64,000 nucleotides of DNA. Origin: Lama glama (taxonomy: Eukaryota). The stretch covers positions 97,032,001 through 97,096,000 of the forward strand of contig CM052817.1 in the NCBI GenBank assembly GCA_028534125.1. Reading direction: 5' to 3'. Below the pieces are notes generated by a model, which was given only the letters and a program-made list of their open reading frames with translations, was not told the origin of the DNA and did not search any database. Both the position numbers and the translations under genes were made by a program. This document shows, piece by piece, positions 62,805 to 64,000 of this stretch (within the stretch, counting starts at the first letter, position 1; each line of letters opens with the position of its first letter).

Positions 62805-64000
62805 TAAATAATTTTTATTCAAGTGTAATTGACATACAATAAACTGCATATATTGACAGCATATGTTTTGGTAAGTTTGACGCATGCATATATATCTGAA
62901 TCCATCACCATCATCAAGATGGTGAACCTACCCATCTCCCCCAAAGTTTCCTTGAGCCCCTTTGAACTCTCTCTCACTCTTCCCTTCTCATTCCCTCATC
63001 CCTGGACAAACCTCTGGTCTGCTTTCTGTCAGTATACATTAATTTGCGTTTCCTGTAATTTTAAAAATCTGGATTCTTTCACTCAGCATAATCAGAGATT
63101 CACCCATGTTGTAGCAAATACCCATAGTTCATTTTTTGTTAATGCTAACGAGTGTTCCACTTTATGGATATACCAGAACTTTCTTTTGTATCCATTTACC
63201 TGTTAATGGACGCTTTGGTTATCGGTAGCTTTTGGCTATTACAAATAAAGCTACTAGAAACCTTTGTGTACAAACCTTTGAACAAAGGCTTTCATTTCTC
63301 TTGGGTAACTCCTGGGATTATAGTGCCCAGATCACATGGGAGGTGTATGTTTAACTTTTTGGGAGACTGACAAACTTTTTTCAAAGGAGTTGTATTTCTT
63401 TACATTCCCACTAACAACGTGCAAGGGTTCTATTTCCTCTGTACCTTTGCCAAGTCTTGATATTTTGGATACAAGGGCTTAGATACGTGCTTTTTATTTA
63501 CTTATTTTTAATTTAACTAAAAATATTTTATTTATTATTGTACTACTTTATTATCTTTTGGTTGGGTCGGGAGGGTAATTAGATTTATTTATTTTTAACA
63601 GAGGTACTAGAGATTGAAGCCGGGACCTCGTGCATACTAAGCACGTGCTCTACTACTTGAGCTATACCTTCCCTCCTGGATACGTGCTTTTTAAAAGTTC
63701 TCTTCAGTCTGTGACTTGTCTTCTCATTCTGTTAATGGTGCCTTTCAAGGGACATTTAAAAATTTTGATGAAGTCCATTCTGTCAGTTTATAGGGACTGT
63801 ACTTTATGGACTATCCTTCTGCCTAGTCATAGAGATTTTCTTTTATGTTTTATTATAGAAGTTATGTGGTTTTAGGTTTTACACTTAGGTCTGTGGTCTA
63901 TTTTGAGTTAGTTTTGTGTAAGATGTGAAGAATGGATCCAAGTTCACTTTTGAATATGGATGTCCAGTTGTTGCAGTACCATTTGTAGGAAAGTATATCC
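62805..64000 (-). mobile_element. Old antisense L1 (L1MB-like) 3' region, running off the window end
   Basis: tttattcaagtgtaattgacatacaataaactgcata..gagattcacccatgttg..atggatgtccagttgttgcagtaccattt. Confidence 0.85.
63497..63678 (-). mobile_element. Camelid-type SINE (Vic-1-like) with long AT tail and 15-bp TSD, inside L1
   Basis: TSD gatacgtgcttttta at 63482-63496 and 63679-63693. Confidence 0.9.

Noticed and set aside
1..64000. Prokaryotic systems (CRISPR, operons), NUMT, or non-retroviral endogenous viral genes
   Set aside because: No repeat-spacer array, long ORF, mitochondrial-like or viral-like coding sequence was recognised. A translated database search would be needed to exclude highly degraded ones.

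Overview
Mammalian intron-rich genomic DNA, most likely camelid (eight copies of a tRNA-derived SINE resembling camelid Vic-1; no Alu, Bov-A/BovB or PRE-1 recognised). The window lies inside one + strand gene, ARHGAP10 (GRAF2/PS-GAP). Eight internal coding exons (1882-2011, 5092-5198, 6469-6563, 29770-29851, 31790-31835, 33911-33976, 51886-51960, 58151-58238) have canonical AG/GT ends and consistent phases. They join into a 689-nt open frame covering the end of the BAR domain, the PH domain and the start of the RhoGAP domain, including the arginine finger (GLYRVVG). The rest is intron filled with L1, L2, MIR, SINE, LTR and DNA-transposon remnants. Repeat family names are from recall, not from a database search. 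Nearly all ORFs in the supplied track are chance ORFs. I found no convincing wholly new system. The best leads are a sense solo LTR whose junction creates a splice donor upstream of an in-frame ATG, a nested L1>LTR>LTR structure with an unidentified outer element, candidate truncating or poison exons, a perfect MARE palindrome, a MER20-borne CTCF motif and inverted SINE pairs around exons.
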